From Candidatus Ratteibacteria bacterium (lineage in GTDB: Bacteria > Ratteibacteria > UBA8468 > B48-G9 > DTJG01), in NCBI GenBank assembly GCA_049971295.1, contig JBMFLH010000017.1, positions 1 to 29,253 of the forward strand: DNA of 29,253 nucleotides. The letters run 5' to 3'. A program made the position numbers and the translations under genes. Each line of letters opens with the position of its first letter. Position 1 is the first letter of the stretch. Under the pieces are notes generated by a model. The model worked only from the letters and a program-made list of their open reading frames with translations. It did no database searches and was not told the DNA's origin. This document shows positions 1-9,534 of this stretch, piece by piece.

Positions 1-648
1 ATTGACATAAGCAAGACCTGCGAAAAAATTTACCAGGCCGCTGAAGTTCTCCAAAAATATGCTAAGGAAAAAGTGCCCATTCTGTTTGTTGGAACAAAAA
101 AACAAGCGCAGGATGTCGTAAAGGAAGTTGCAGAAAGAACAGGCCAGCCCTATGTTAATTATAGGTGGATCGGTGGCACATTGACAAATTTCAGGACAAT
201 ACGGAAACGAATAGAGCGGCTTGAAGAAATTGAAAAACTCGAAGAAACAGGACAGATCAATTATTACACAAAAAAAGAAGCCAGTCTCATTCTAAAGGAA
301 AAACAGGAGCTTCAAAAAAAATTTAGCGGGATAAGACATTTAAAAGAACTACCCGGCATAATGGTTGTCGTGGACGTCAAGAAGGAAATTAATGCGGTCT
401 CTGAAGCAAAAAAAGTGGGAATTCCTGTGGTTGGCATTGTTGATACAAATGGTAATCCCGAACTCGTTGATTATCCGATACCTGCGAATGATGACGGATT
501 TAAATCTATTCAATTGTTGCTTGAAAAACTTGCCGAAGCAATAAAAGAAGCACAGGTCGAAACCAATATAATAGAAGAAAAGCAAGAAGTGATTGAACAG
601 CAAACCGAATCAAAGACAGAAGGAGACCAGAATGTCTCAAATGGTTGA
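1..648 (+). CDS. rpsB: 30S ribosomal protein S2 (5'-truncated by window edge)
   Basis: Frame is open from base 1 ([10 protein letters not shown]...). S2 motifs [27 protein letters not shown] and IPANDD are present. Lies directly upstream of tsf. Confidence 0.98.
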   Translation: MDISKTCEKIYQAAEVLQKYAKEKVPILFVGTKKQAQDVVKEVAERTGQPYVNYRWIGGTLTNFRTIRKRIERLEEIEKLEETGQINYYTKKEASLILKEKQELQKKFSGIRHLKELPGIMVVVDVKKEINAVSEAKKVGIPVVGIVDTNGNPELVDYPIPANDDGFKSIQLLLEKLAEAIKEAQVETNIIEEKQEVIEQQTESKTEGDQNVSNG

Positions 649-1162
649 AACGATAAAAAAGCTTCGTGAGCTTACAGGACTTGGTGTCATTGATTGTAAA
701 AAGGCACTGGAAAAATCTGGAAACGATTTTGACAAAGCTCTAGAAATTTTAAAAGAACAGGGTGTCAGGATTGCCGAAAAGAAAACTGAAAGAGCAACAG
801 GTGAAGGTCTTATTGGTAGTTATATTCATTCAAATGGGAAAATAGGCGTCTTGGTGGAGGTTACATGTGAAAGCGATTTTGTGGCAAGAACAGAAGATTT
901 TAAGGAACTGGTTAAAAATCTGTGTCTCCAAATCGCTGCGACTTCGCCTGAATATATCAAAAAAGATGATATTCCTGAACCCGTTATTGAGGAAAAAAAG
1001 AAAATTTATAAGGATATAGAACAATTTTACAGAGAAAAAGTTCTGTTCTGTCAAACATTCATCAAAGACGACAGTATTACCATTGAGGAGTATGTAAAAA
1101 GTAAAATTGCAAAACTTGGCGAAAATATAAGAGTCAATAGATTCACTCGTTACGAAATATGA
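632..1162 (+). CDS. tsf: Elongation factor Ts, short form (176 aa)
   Basis: AGGAG at 621-625 precedes ATG 632. Motifs [36 protein letters not shown] and [11 protein letters not shown]. Confidence 0.97.
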   Translation: MSQMVETIKKLRELTGLGVIDCKKALEKSGNDFDKALEILKEQGVRIAEKKTERATGEGLIGSYIHSNGKIGVLVEVTCESDFVARTEDFKELVKNLCLQIAATSPEYIKKDDIPEPVIEEKKKIYKDIEQFYREKVLFCQTFIKDDSITIEEYVKSKIAKLGENIRVNRFTRYEI

Positions 1163-1548
1163 TGAAGAAAATAGTTTTTGAAACAAGTACGGTTCGGATT
1201 GAGGGTACACTCAATTCAAGTATTACTGCGGCAAAGATTTATTCCACACTGCCTATAGAAGGAAAACTTCACCTGTGGGGTAAGGAAGTATACTTCTCAG
1301 TACCAGTGCAGTTACCTATTGAAGATGGACAGGATATCGTAAATGTTGGAGACATTGCTTACTGGCCTGAAGGACCTGCTGTTTGCATTTTTTTTGGTCC
1401 AACACCTATAAGCAAAGGAAATGAAATTAGACCATATAGCAAGGTTGCTCTGATTGGACAGGTTGACGAAAATTTTATAAAGGATTTGTATAATATAAAA
1501 GAAGGCGATAAAATAAAAATGAAACCCTTAACCAGTGGAGGTGACTGA
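1159..1548 (+). CDS. Cyclophilin-like fold protein (TM1367/DUF369-like)
   Basis: Motifs WGKEVYF, GDIAYWPEGPAVCIFFGPTP. ATGA overlap with the tsf stop. Confidence 0.85.
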   Translation: MMKKIVFETSTVRIEGTLNSSITAAKIYSTLPIEGKLHLWGKEVYFSVPVQLPIEDGQDIVNVGDIAYWPEGPAVCIFFGPTPISKGNEIRPYSKVALIGQVDENFIKDLYNIKEGDKIKMKPLTSGGD

Positions 1549-1871
1549 TGAATTCTGTGTCTGCGGGCGTGTATTATGAAATGGGATATTTGCTTGCTCT
1601 TGCAGTAATAGGATTAAGCTTTCTCGGTTTTATGCTGGCGATGATGATGGATGAGATAAACAAGAAAAAGGGTATTGTAATGTATGTTCTTTCCATAATT
1701 CTTTTGCTTCTTGGCGGTTACTATTATTATACTGTCGGACAATGGCAAAAATTACAGGGTGGTCCGAGTGTTAACAAGCTTAATTACTATTTACACGTTT
1801 ATCAGGAGCAACCAGCTGCGCAACAACAAATTCTTCCGTTATCTCCACAACCACCACAAAGTACTCAGTAA
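1548..1871 (+). CDS. Hypothetical membrane protein, 2 TM helices, Q/P-rich C-terminal tail
   Basis: GGAGGTG RBS, TGATG overlap with the upstream gene, two hydrophobic stretches. Confidence 0.75.
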   Translation: MNSVSAGVYYEMGYLLALAVIGLSFLGFMLAMMMDEINKKKGIVMYVLSIILLLLGGYYYYTVGQWQKLQGGPSVNKLNYYLHVYQEQPAAQQQILPLSPQPPQSTQ

Positions 1872-1883
1872 GGAAATTTTTCA

Positions 1884-3785
1884 ATGCTTCGGTACTGGTG
1901 GCATCTCTTATTTGTGTTCGTTTTCTGCGGATGCACGCATATTTCGCAGTTTATCCCTGCCACCTCAGAATTAGATAATCAAAAAGAAAAAATTGTCTCG
2001 GACAAGGGTTCTGTTTACTTACTCGATGAGGCAGATGTTCAAGTTTTCACCTCAGGCGCTTCAGTCACTACTGTCCATCAAAAAATTTTCATCACTGGTG
2101 AAAAAGGAAAGCAACATGGAACACTCCAGATACCATTTGATGCTGAAATTCAAAAGATAGAAATCCTGAAAGCAATAACGATTACTGAAGAAAATAAAGT
2201 ACTTGCAGTAAAAAAATCAGACATTAGAATCATCACACCTGCTGAATTATCATCATACTCTGTACTTTATCCCGGTATAAGAGTTTGTACGGTGACTTTC
2301 CCGTCTATTAATATTGGTTGCATTATCGAATATGTCTACAGGATTAGAACAAAAGAATCCAGAATGCCTGGTGAATTCTGGGATGGTTTTTTCTTTCAAA
2401 GCACAGAGCCCTTCGTCTTATCTCGATACAGAATTACCATCCCGGCTAACATGGAACTATACACGTATCCATTTTCAGTTGACCTAAAATCGAAAACAAA
2501 AAAGGGAAAATTTATTATATATGAATGGGAAAAAAGAAATGTGCCGGCAATTACGCCTGAAAAAATGATGCCTCCTGTAGACGAGGTGGTGCCAAGACTC
2601 TATGTTACCACAATCAAAAACTGGGATAAAATTGGGAGATGGTTTTTTTCCCTCGCAAAAGATTCAACTATTCCTGACTCTACTGTAAAATCCGTTGCTG
2701 AAAGCATAACGAAGGATGCCAGGGACAATGACGAAAAAATAAAGGCAGTATATCACTTTATCTGTAAAAACATTAGGTATATCGGGCTTGAACTGGGTAT
2801 TCACGGATTCAAGCCACATGCTGCAAAAGACGTGATTGAACTGGGATATGGTGACTGTAAGGACAAAGCCGCATTAATGGTTGCAATGCTGAAATCAGTT
2901 GGTATCCAGTCCTATATCGCGCTTGTCAACACAGAAAGGCAAATTGACCAAAATATACCGTTCCCTGGACAATTTAATCATGCAATAGTTGCTGTTGGAG
3001 AAAAACATCCATTTCTTTTGCTCGACCCAACCTCAGAAGTCATTCCATATCCAGAACTGCCACCCGGTGATCAGAATAAAACAGTCCTCATACCAATTGA
3101 AAATGAAACAATTCTTATGAAAAGCTACACCGCAGGCCCTGACGACAATAAAAAGCATCGCAAAATTTTTGGCCTGCTGGATTCAAGTGGCGACATTACT
3201 GTGGAAGTCGGCGTCTATGCGTCAGGAGTTTTTGCGGCAGGATTAAGGAACAGTTTCAGGTATCTTTCTAATGAAGAAAGAAGACGAGAACTTTCAAGAA
3301 GTATCAATTCACTCATACCAAATTCAACCTTGAAGGAATTTAAAATCACAGGCATTGAATCTCTTGACGCGCCATTACTTGAAACTTACACATTCACCTC
3401 AAAAAAATATGCGATACCCATTAAGGAAAAATTGTTGTTTAGACCTGCATTGCTTGAAAGAATTGAAAATACTGAACTGGTGAGCCTTGAAAAGAGAAGT
3501 TTTCCGATAAGATTTCCCTACAAAAGTATGAATAAGGACGAAATCTTATTCATCCTTCCACGGGGATATGATGTGGATGCATGTCCAGAAAATATTAAGA
3601 TTGAAAACAAATTTGGATCGTATTCCCTCAAATTTGAAATCAATGAAAATCAGTTGATTTATCAAAGGATATTATGCTTAAATACGCTCGAAGTGAGTGT
3701 TGAGCAATATAATGAATTTAAAGATTTTTACCAGCAAATTTCGTATTATGATAGTTTGCCAGTGATATTAAAGAAAAGCCAATAA
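1884..3785 (+). CDS. DUF3857 + transglutaminase-like domain exported protein (probable lipoprotein)
   Basis: Signal ends in FCGC. TGase triad motifs GDCKDKA, FNHAI, LDPT. IRYIGLELG is typical of this family. Confidence 0.88.
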   Translation: MLRYWWHLLFVFVFCGCTHISQFIPATSELDNQKEKIVSDKGSVYLLDEADVQVFTSGASVTTVHQKIFITGEKGKQHGTLQIPFDAEIQKIEILKAITITEENKVLAVKKSDIRIITPAELSSYSVLYPGIRVCTVTFPSINIGCIIEYVYRIRTKESRMPGEFWDGFFFQSTEPFVLSRYRITIPANMELYTYPFSVDLKSKTKKGKFIIYEWEKRNVPAITPEKMMPPVDEVVPRLYVTTIKNWDKIGRWFFSLAKDSTIPDSTVKSVAESITKDARDNDEKIKAVYHFICKNIRYIGLELGIHGFKPHAAKDVIELGYGDCKDKAALMVAMLKSVGIQSYIALVNTERQIDQNIPFPGQFNHAIVAVGEKHPFLLLDPTSEVIPYPELPPGDQNKTVLIPIENETILMKSYTAGPDDNKKHRKIFGLLDSSGDITVEVGVYASGVFAAGLRNSFRYLSNEERRRELSRSINSLIPNSTLKEFKITGIESLDAPLLETYTFTSKKYAIPIKEKLLFRPALLERIENTELVSLEKRSFPIRFPYKSMNKDEILFILPRGYDVDACPENIKIENKFGSYSLKFEINENQLIYQRILCLNTLEVSVEQYNEFKDFYQQISYYDSLPVILKKSQ

Positions 3786-3873
3786 TAAGTGGAAGGTCTC
3801 AGAAAAAAATCACTTGTGAAAAAAAACTTTTGTAATATTATCAAAATTATAGATTTCTTTTCGGAGGGATAAA

Positions 3874-4989
3874 ATGGATCAAGCAATTACAAACGAAATT
3901 AATTTAAAACAGTTGCTATCAGTAATGGAGTCAATAAATGCATCGGACATTCATCTACAAGCGGGGTCCCATATTGCATACAGAATAAAGGGTGAAATAG
4001 AAAAACAAACGAATTACCCGCCGGTTACTGAGGCACAACTGAGACAAATTATATACGAAGTCCTTACAGAGAGGGATAAAAAAATTTTTGAAGAAAAAGG
4101 CACACTTGACACAGCAATCAGTTTTCCCGGGATAGGAAGATTTAGAATGAGTGTATTTCTTCAAAGAGGCTCAATTGCACTTGCCGCAAGAAGAATTTCC
4201 AACAAAATCCCTGATTTTGAATTTTTACATTTACCAGAAGCAGCAAAAAACATCACAAATTTTCCCAATGGTTTGGTTCTTGTTACAGGTCCAACTGGAT
4301 GTGGAAAATCAAGTACTCTTGCCGCAATTATCAATGGTATCAACAAAATCAGAAAATGTCACATTATGTGCATCGAAGACCCCATTGAATATCTTTATAA
4401 AAATGAACTTGCCATTATAAATCAAAGGGAAATTGGCATTGACGTTCCAAGTTTTAAGGAAGCTTTGAAATACGTCGTCAGACAGGATCCGGATGTCATA
4501 CTGGTTGGAGAAATAAGGGACAGAGATACAGTGGATTTTGCTCTTCAGTCCGCTGAGACAGGACACCTGGTTTTCGGAACTCTCCACAGTTCAAATGTCA
4601 GCCAGACAATTAATAGAATCCTGAATTTTTATCCGCATTCAGAACACCCCTCAGTGCGCAGAGCTCTCGCAGGACATCTCAAGGCAGTGATGTCACAGAT
4701 GCTTTTACCTTCCTGCAAAGAAGGCATACTGATGGTACCAGCGGTTGAATTAATGTTTATGAATTCCACTGTAGCAAGACTTATCATTGAAGAACAGGAA
4801 TCAAAAATCGTTAAGGCAATTAGAGCCGCGCGGACCGAAGGAATGCAGGATTTTGAGCAATCATTATATGATCTGATAACAAACGGATTTATAACGAAAG
4901 AAGTTGGCCTTGAACATGCTGAAAACCCGCACAGCCTTGATATGAAATTAAGAGGAATTTCATTAACAGAAGAAGGTGGTATCGTATAA
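3874..4989 (+). CDS. PilT/PilU family type IV pilus retraction ATPase
   Basis: ASDIHL, Walker A GPTGCGKS, IEDPIEY Asp box, RQDPDVILVGEIRD Walker B, TGHLVFGTLH His box. GGAGG RBS. Confidence 0.95.
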   Translation: MDQAITNEINLKQLLSVMESINASDIHLQAGSHIAYRIKGEIEKQTNYPPVTEAQLRQIIYEVLTERDKKIFEEKGTLDTAISFPGIGRFRMSVFLQRGSIALAARRISNKIPDFEFLHLPEAAKNITNFPNGLVLVTGPTGCGKSSTLAAIINGINKIRKCHIMCIEDPIEYLYKNELAIINQREIGIDVPSFKEALKYVVRQDPDVILVGEIRDRDTVDFALQSAETGHLVFGTLHSSNVSQTINRILNFYPHSEHPSVRRALAGHLKAVMSQMLLPSCKEGILMVPAVELMFMNSTVARLIIEEQESKIVKAIRAARTEGMQDFEQSLYDLITNGFITKEVGLEHAENPHSLDMKLRGISLTEEGGIV

Positions 4990-4990
4990 A

Positions 4991-5797
4991 ATGAAAAAAT
5001 TACTGCTATTGATTTTGATACTTCTATCATATTTCACTGCGACGAGTTCTGGAAGTGACAAAGCCCTTTCTTTTGTGATATTCAGTGACTGCCATCTGAA
5101 AAATGAAAAAGTTATTGGTGAACAGTTACTACAAAATATCGTGCAAAAAATCAACTCAGATGAACAGGACGCTGAATTTGTGGTCTGCCTTGGTGATATT
5201 GTGGGGCTTCCAGAAGACGCAAAAGCTCAACAATACTCAGCCGTTGTGGAAAAATATCTTGCAATTACATCCAGTTTAAGAATACCACTCTATACAGTTC
5301 CAGGAAATCATGACCTTAAACATGGCAATGAAGCGAGTAAAATTTTTGAGGAAAAAATCGGTCCATTGTTTTTCAGTGTTGAAAAAAATGGATATCAATT
5401 ACTTTTTTTAAATAGCGAAGCATTATCGTTGAACAACGAAGGAACTCATTTGGAATGGCTGAAAACACAGTTAAAAAAACCTTTTCAGTCAAAAATCGTT
5501 TTCATGCACAGACCACTATTTCCCGTATTTACAGAACATGCGTTTGATACGAAAACAATGATTTTCTTAAAGCAAATGTTTGAAAATCATAATGTCATAG
5601 CGATTTTTTCAGGACATGAGCATCTTTTTTATCAAAAAAAATATGGTAATATTTTACAGGTTATTTCAGGTGGAGCAGGAGGCACTCTTGTTCCCGCTCC
5701 AAAAGATGGTAAAAGTATTTTCCACTACTGCAGAGTGAAAGTTTCAAAAGAAGGCATCACTGTAAAACCGGTGCGCGTGGATGTCAAATTATTCTAA
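4991..5797 (+). CDS. Exported calcineurin-like metallophosphoesterase
   Basis: Signal peptide MKKLLLLIL. Motifs SDCH, LGD, PGNHD, MHRP, SGHEH, SGGAGG. Confidence 0.92.
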   Translation: MKKLLLLILILLSYFTATSSGSDKALSFVIFSDCHLKNEKVIGEQLLQNIVQKINSDEQDAEFVVCLGDIVGLPEDAKAQQYSAVVEKYLAITSSLRIPLYTVPGNHDLKHGNEASKIFEEKIGPLFFSVEKNGYQLLFLNSEALSLNNEGTHLEWLKTQLKKPFQSKIVFMHRPLFPVFTEHAFDTKTMIFLKQMFENHNVIAIFSGHEHLFYQKKYGNILQVISGGAGGTLVPAPKDGKSIFHYCRVKVSKEGITVKPVRVDVKLF

Positions 5798-5807
5798 CGG
5801 AGATGAT

Positions 5808-7070
5808 ATGGACTGGCAAATTATCAATCTTGATAATGGTGCATCTGTAATTTATAAACAACGACGCGATTCTTATTCGGTCTCAATGGGAATCATCGTG
5901 AGCTCTGGTGTTAGATATGAATCTACTGAACATTCAGGCATATCCCACTTTGTTGAACATCTTTTGTTCAAGGGAACCAAAAAAAGAACGGCAAATCAAT
6001 TAAAAGAAGCCATAGAGGGAAAAGGCGGAAGTTTTAATGCATTCACTGGAGAAGAACTGGTATGTTATTACATAAAAATCCTTGCACGTCATCTTGAGAC
6101 AGGTCTTGACATTCTCTCAGACATGCTCACCAATCCATTATTTGATTCAGAAGAAATCAATAAAGAAAGAAATGTTATTCTTGAGGAAATCAATATGTAC
6201 ATGGATATGCCAGCGCGCTATGTTTTTGACCTCCTCGATTCAACAATGTTTGAAAATCATCCCCTGGGTACCTCTGGTCTTGGCACGCCTGAAACCCTGA
6301 AAAAAATCAATAGACAGTCCTTGATTGACTACGTTAGAAAATTTCATACAGGAAAAAATCTAACGATCAGTATCGCGGGGCAATTTGACGAAATAAACCT
6401 TATTAATCTTGTAACAAAATTTTTTGGTCACATACATGAAGGCGAAAAGGGCAAATTCGTCCCATTCGAAAATAATCAGGGAAATATGCGATATAAAATA
6501 AAAACAAAAAAAACAGAACAATGCCACTTCTGCATAGGTTTTTACTCTTATCCACGTGAGGATGAAAGACGTTTTCCGTTTGCTGTGGCAAATATAATTC
6601 TTGGTGGCAATATGAGTAGTCGACTCTTCAATGAAGTCAGAGAAAAAAGAGGCCTTGTATATGATATTAGAAGCCATACGAAAAGTTACTATGATACAGG
6701 CGCTGCAATTATATCTGCAGGACTGACGCCAACCAATCTACCCGAGTGTGTTAAAATTATAAAAGACCAGCTGGACTACATCGCTGAGGTAAAGGTTTCA
6801 GATGAGGAACTGGAGAGAGCCAAAGAATATCTAGTTTCACAGTTTTTAATGGGGCTTGAGGATACGATGGAATATATGCTATGGATAGGAGAACAAAAAG
6901 CAACCAGAAGGAAAATGCTTTCTATAAAAGAGATTGAGAACAAAATCAAAAATGTCACTGTTGAAGACGTTCAAAATGTGTGTAAGGATATATTTAGAAA
7001 AAAACCGTGTTTTGCCATGATTGGCCCACAAGATAGGACAGAAGAGATCTCAAAAATTCTGGAGGGATGA
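5808..7070 (+). CDS. M16 family (pitrilysin-like) zinc peptidase
   Basis: HFVEH (HxxEH) LLFKGT, NAFT, KERNVILEE, SSRLFNEVREKRGLVY. GGAG precedes ATG 5808. Confidence 0.95.
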   Translation: MDWQIINLDNGASVIYKQRRDSYSVSMGIIVSSGVRYESTEHSGISHFVEHLLFKGTKKRTANQLKEAIEGKGGSFNAFTGEELVCYYIKILARHLETGLDILSDMLTNPLFDSEEINKERNVILEEINMYMDMPARYVFDLLDSTMFENHPLGTSGLGTPETLKKINRQSLIDYVRKFHTGKNLTISIAGQFDEINLINLVTKFFGHIHEGEKGKFVPFENNQGNMRYKIKTKKTEQCHFCIGFYSYPREDERRFPFAVANIILGGNMSSRLFNEVREKRGLVYDIRSHTKSYYDTGAAIISAGLTPTNLPECVKIIKDQLDYIAEVKVSDEELERAKEYLVSQFLMGLEDTMEYMLWIGEQKATRRKMLSIKEIENKIKNVTVEDVQNVCKDIFRKKPCFAMIGPQDRTEEISKILEG

Positions 7071-7071
7071 C

Positions 7072-7389
7072 ATGATAAAAAAGGACATCATAGAAGAGAT
7101 ATCAAAACAAACCGGACTGAGCAAACCAGTTGTCAGAATGGTTGTCGAAAAATTTATACTGCAGGTCAGGAATTCACTTCTCAAAAAAGAGAGAATTGAA
7201 TTGAGAAACCTGGGCGTATTCAATGTCAAAAAGATGAAAGCCAAAAAAGGTCGTAATCTGAAGACAGGTGAAGAAATTCCTGTGCCTGAAAGATGGAAAG
7301 TCACATTCAAACCTTCAAAAATTTTCATGAAACTTAACACAGAAAATCCAGAGCAAACCCTGCCTTTTGACATATCAGAACAACCTTGA
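7072..7389 (+). CDS. HU/IHF family DNA-binding protein
   Basis: MIKKDII...RIELRNLGVF...KGRNLKTGEEI...VTFKPS. GGAGG RBS. Confidence 0.93.
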   Translation: MIKKDIIEEISKQTGLSKPVVRMVVEKFILQVRNSLLKKERIELRNLGVFNVKKMKAKKGRNLKTGEEIPVPERWKVTFKPSKIFMKLNTENPEQTLPFDISEQP

Positions 7390-7478
7390 AGCGTTAAATT
7401 CCATCAATTTCCGAACCGTAAATTACCTCCATAGTTCAAGTGTGATAATATATAGCAAGCATAACTTAACTGGGAGGT

Positions 7479-9089
7479 ATGATGAAAAAAACTGTTGCAA
7501 TTGCTTTCTTTTCTGCTATATTTCTTACCATAAATCATGTGTTCGCAGCTGACAACATCCAAATCGCAGCAAATGAAAAGGCACTCGTGACAGTGGTTAT
7601 TTCAGAGCATGCGAGCGAAAATATAAAAAAACTTGCTAATGAACTGATTGAGTACTTGAATAAAATCAGTGGAGCAAAATTTGAAATAAAAACAGGAGAT
7701 GGAAGCACAGGAATTATTGTAGGAACAATCGAAGAATTTCCATATCCAGATATTGCAAAAAAACTTGATATACAAAATGTCTTTGATGGAAAAGAAGCAT
7801 ACGCAATCAAAAGTGAGAAAAAACGGCTCCTTCTAATAGGTGCCACTGAACAGGGAACTTCTCATGCTGTGTTTCGTTTTCTTGAATTAGTTGGCTGCAG
7901 ATGGTTTTTCCCTGCGAAAGAATGGGAAATTGTTCCCAGAGTAAGAAATTTAACAGTAAAGGTTGAAGAATATGAGAGACCCAATTTTCTTTCGCGAAGA
8001 ATATGGTATGGATTTGGATTTTTTGATAGACATACTGGTAAAGTCGCAGAAGATTACAACGCTTGGATGAGACATAATAGAATGGGCGGATCATTAAAAG
8101 TGAGTTTTGGCCATGCATGGCAAACAATCATTGCTGATAATAAGGCAATCTTCGAGCAACATCCTGAATATCTTGCTCTAACAAATGGAAAAAGGCAGGG
8201 ACACAAGTTTTGTGTCAGCAATCCTGAAGTTAGAAAAATTGTTATTAACTGGGCTTTAAATTATTTTGAGAAGCATCCAGATGCTGACATGGTATCAGTT
8301 GAACCGTCAGACGGAATGGGACACTGTGAATGCGAAAAATGCCTTGAAATGGGTTCGGTTTCAGACAGGGTTTTTTATCTGGCAAACGAGGTCGCGAAGG
8401 CAGTTAGAGAAAAATATCCTGGAAAGCTGGTGGGATTGTACGCATATGCGGACCATTCTGAGCCACCGTCTTTTAAACTTGAGCCAAATGTGTGGATTCA
8501 AAGAACAGCGGGCTTCACTTATGGCAAGTATTCATCAGAAGAACTTATGCAACTATGGCCCAAATACTGTCAGAACATGGGCTATTATGAGTATTTTTCT
8601 GTTTATCTATGGGACTGGGACATGATTCCTGGAGGTAGAGCTGCAAACGTGTCATATCTAAAAAAACAAATCCCACTTTATTATAAGCATGCTGGCAGGA
8701 CTCTTGATTGCGAGAGTGGTAATAACTGGGGACCCCATGGACTGGGATATTACATTGCAAGTAAATTAATGTGGGATGTGAATACGAACGTTGATATGAT
8801 ATGCGAGGATTTTTATCAAAAAGCTTTTGGACCAGCAAATGGTGCCATGAAAAGATACTATGAAAGATTAGACCCTGGCAATAATCCTTTAAGATGCGAA
8901 AACCTAATTGGAGAAGCATTGCGTGATTTGAATGAGGCAAGTTCTCTTACTAAAAACAAACCAGAGATTCAAGCACGACTTGACCACCTGAAACAATACA
9001 TGCACTATGTGAGATTATGGTGGGACTATACCCATACAAGACCTTTCCAATCATCCAATTTTGCAGAGACCTGGTTTTGCCTTCGGTAA
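7479..9089 (+). pseudogene. DUF4838-domain exported protein, apparently C-terminally truncated by a deletion
   Basis: Signal peptide, GCRWFFP, GHAWQ, HPEY, FCVSNPEV, HCECEKC, YAYADH. Similarity to the in-window paralogue (17917) stops at LDHLKQYMHY. The last ~16 codons are out-of-frame GH116 sequence. Confidence 0.75.
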
Positions 9090-9534
9090 AGAAGGCGGTG
9101 TAATTTTATGTACATGGCCAAAAGGCAAAAAACCTACCCTACCTTTTATTTATTGTGATGAAATCTGGACAGGTTTTGAATATCAATTTGCAGGTCATTT
9201 AATATCAAGCGGGTTTGTGAGGAAAGGACTTGAAGTTGTTGAAACCGCACGAAAAAGACATGATGGAACAAAAAGAAATCCCTTTGATGAATACGAGTGT
9301 GGACACTGGTATGGAAGAGCGCTTTCATCATACGGCTTAATTTTAAGTTATACTGGACTTAAATATGACGGATTGGAGAAAACTCTTTATTTCAAACGAT
9401 TCAGGAAAGGCAATTTCAAAGTTTTCTTTTCAACCGAAGGTGGTTGGGGCATTGCTGGAATCAAAAATAGGAAACCGTTTGTTCAAGTACTTCATGGAAA
9501 AATTGACATCAAAAAAATACAAATTATCAAATAA
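9040..9534 (+). pseudogene. C-terminal fragment of a GH116 (non-lysosomal glucosylceramidase-type) glycoside hydrolase
   Basis: DLSNHPILQRPGFAFGKEGGVILCTWPKG...DEIWTGFEY...RHDGTKRNPFDEYECGHWYGRALSSY. No ATG/RBS, and an in-frame stop at 9010-9012 lies just upstream. Confidence 0.8.
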
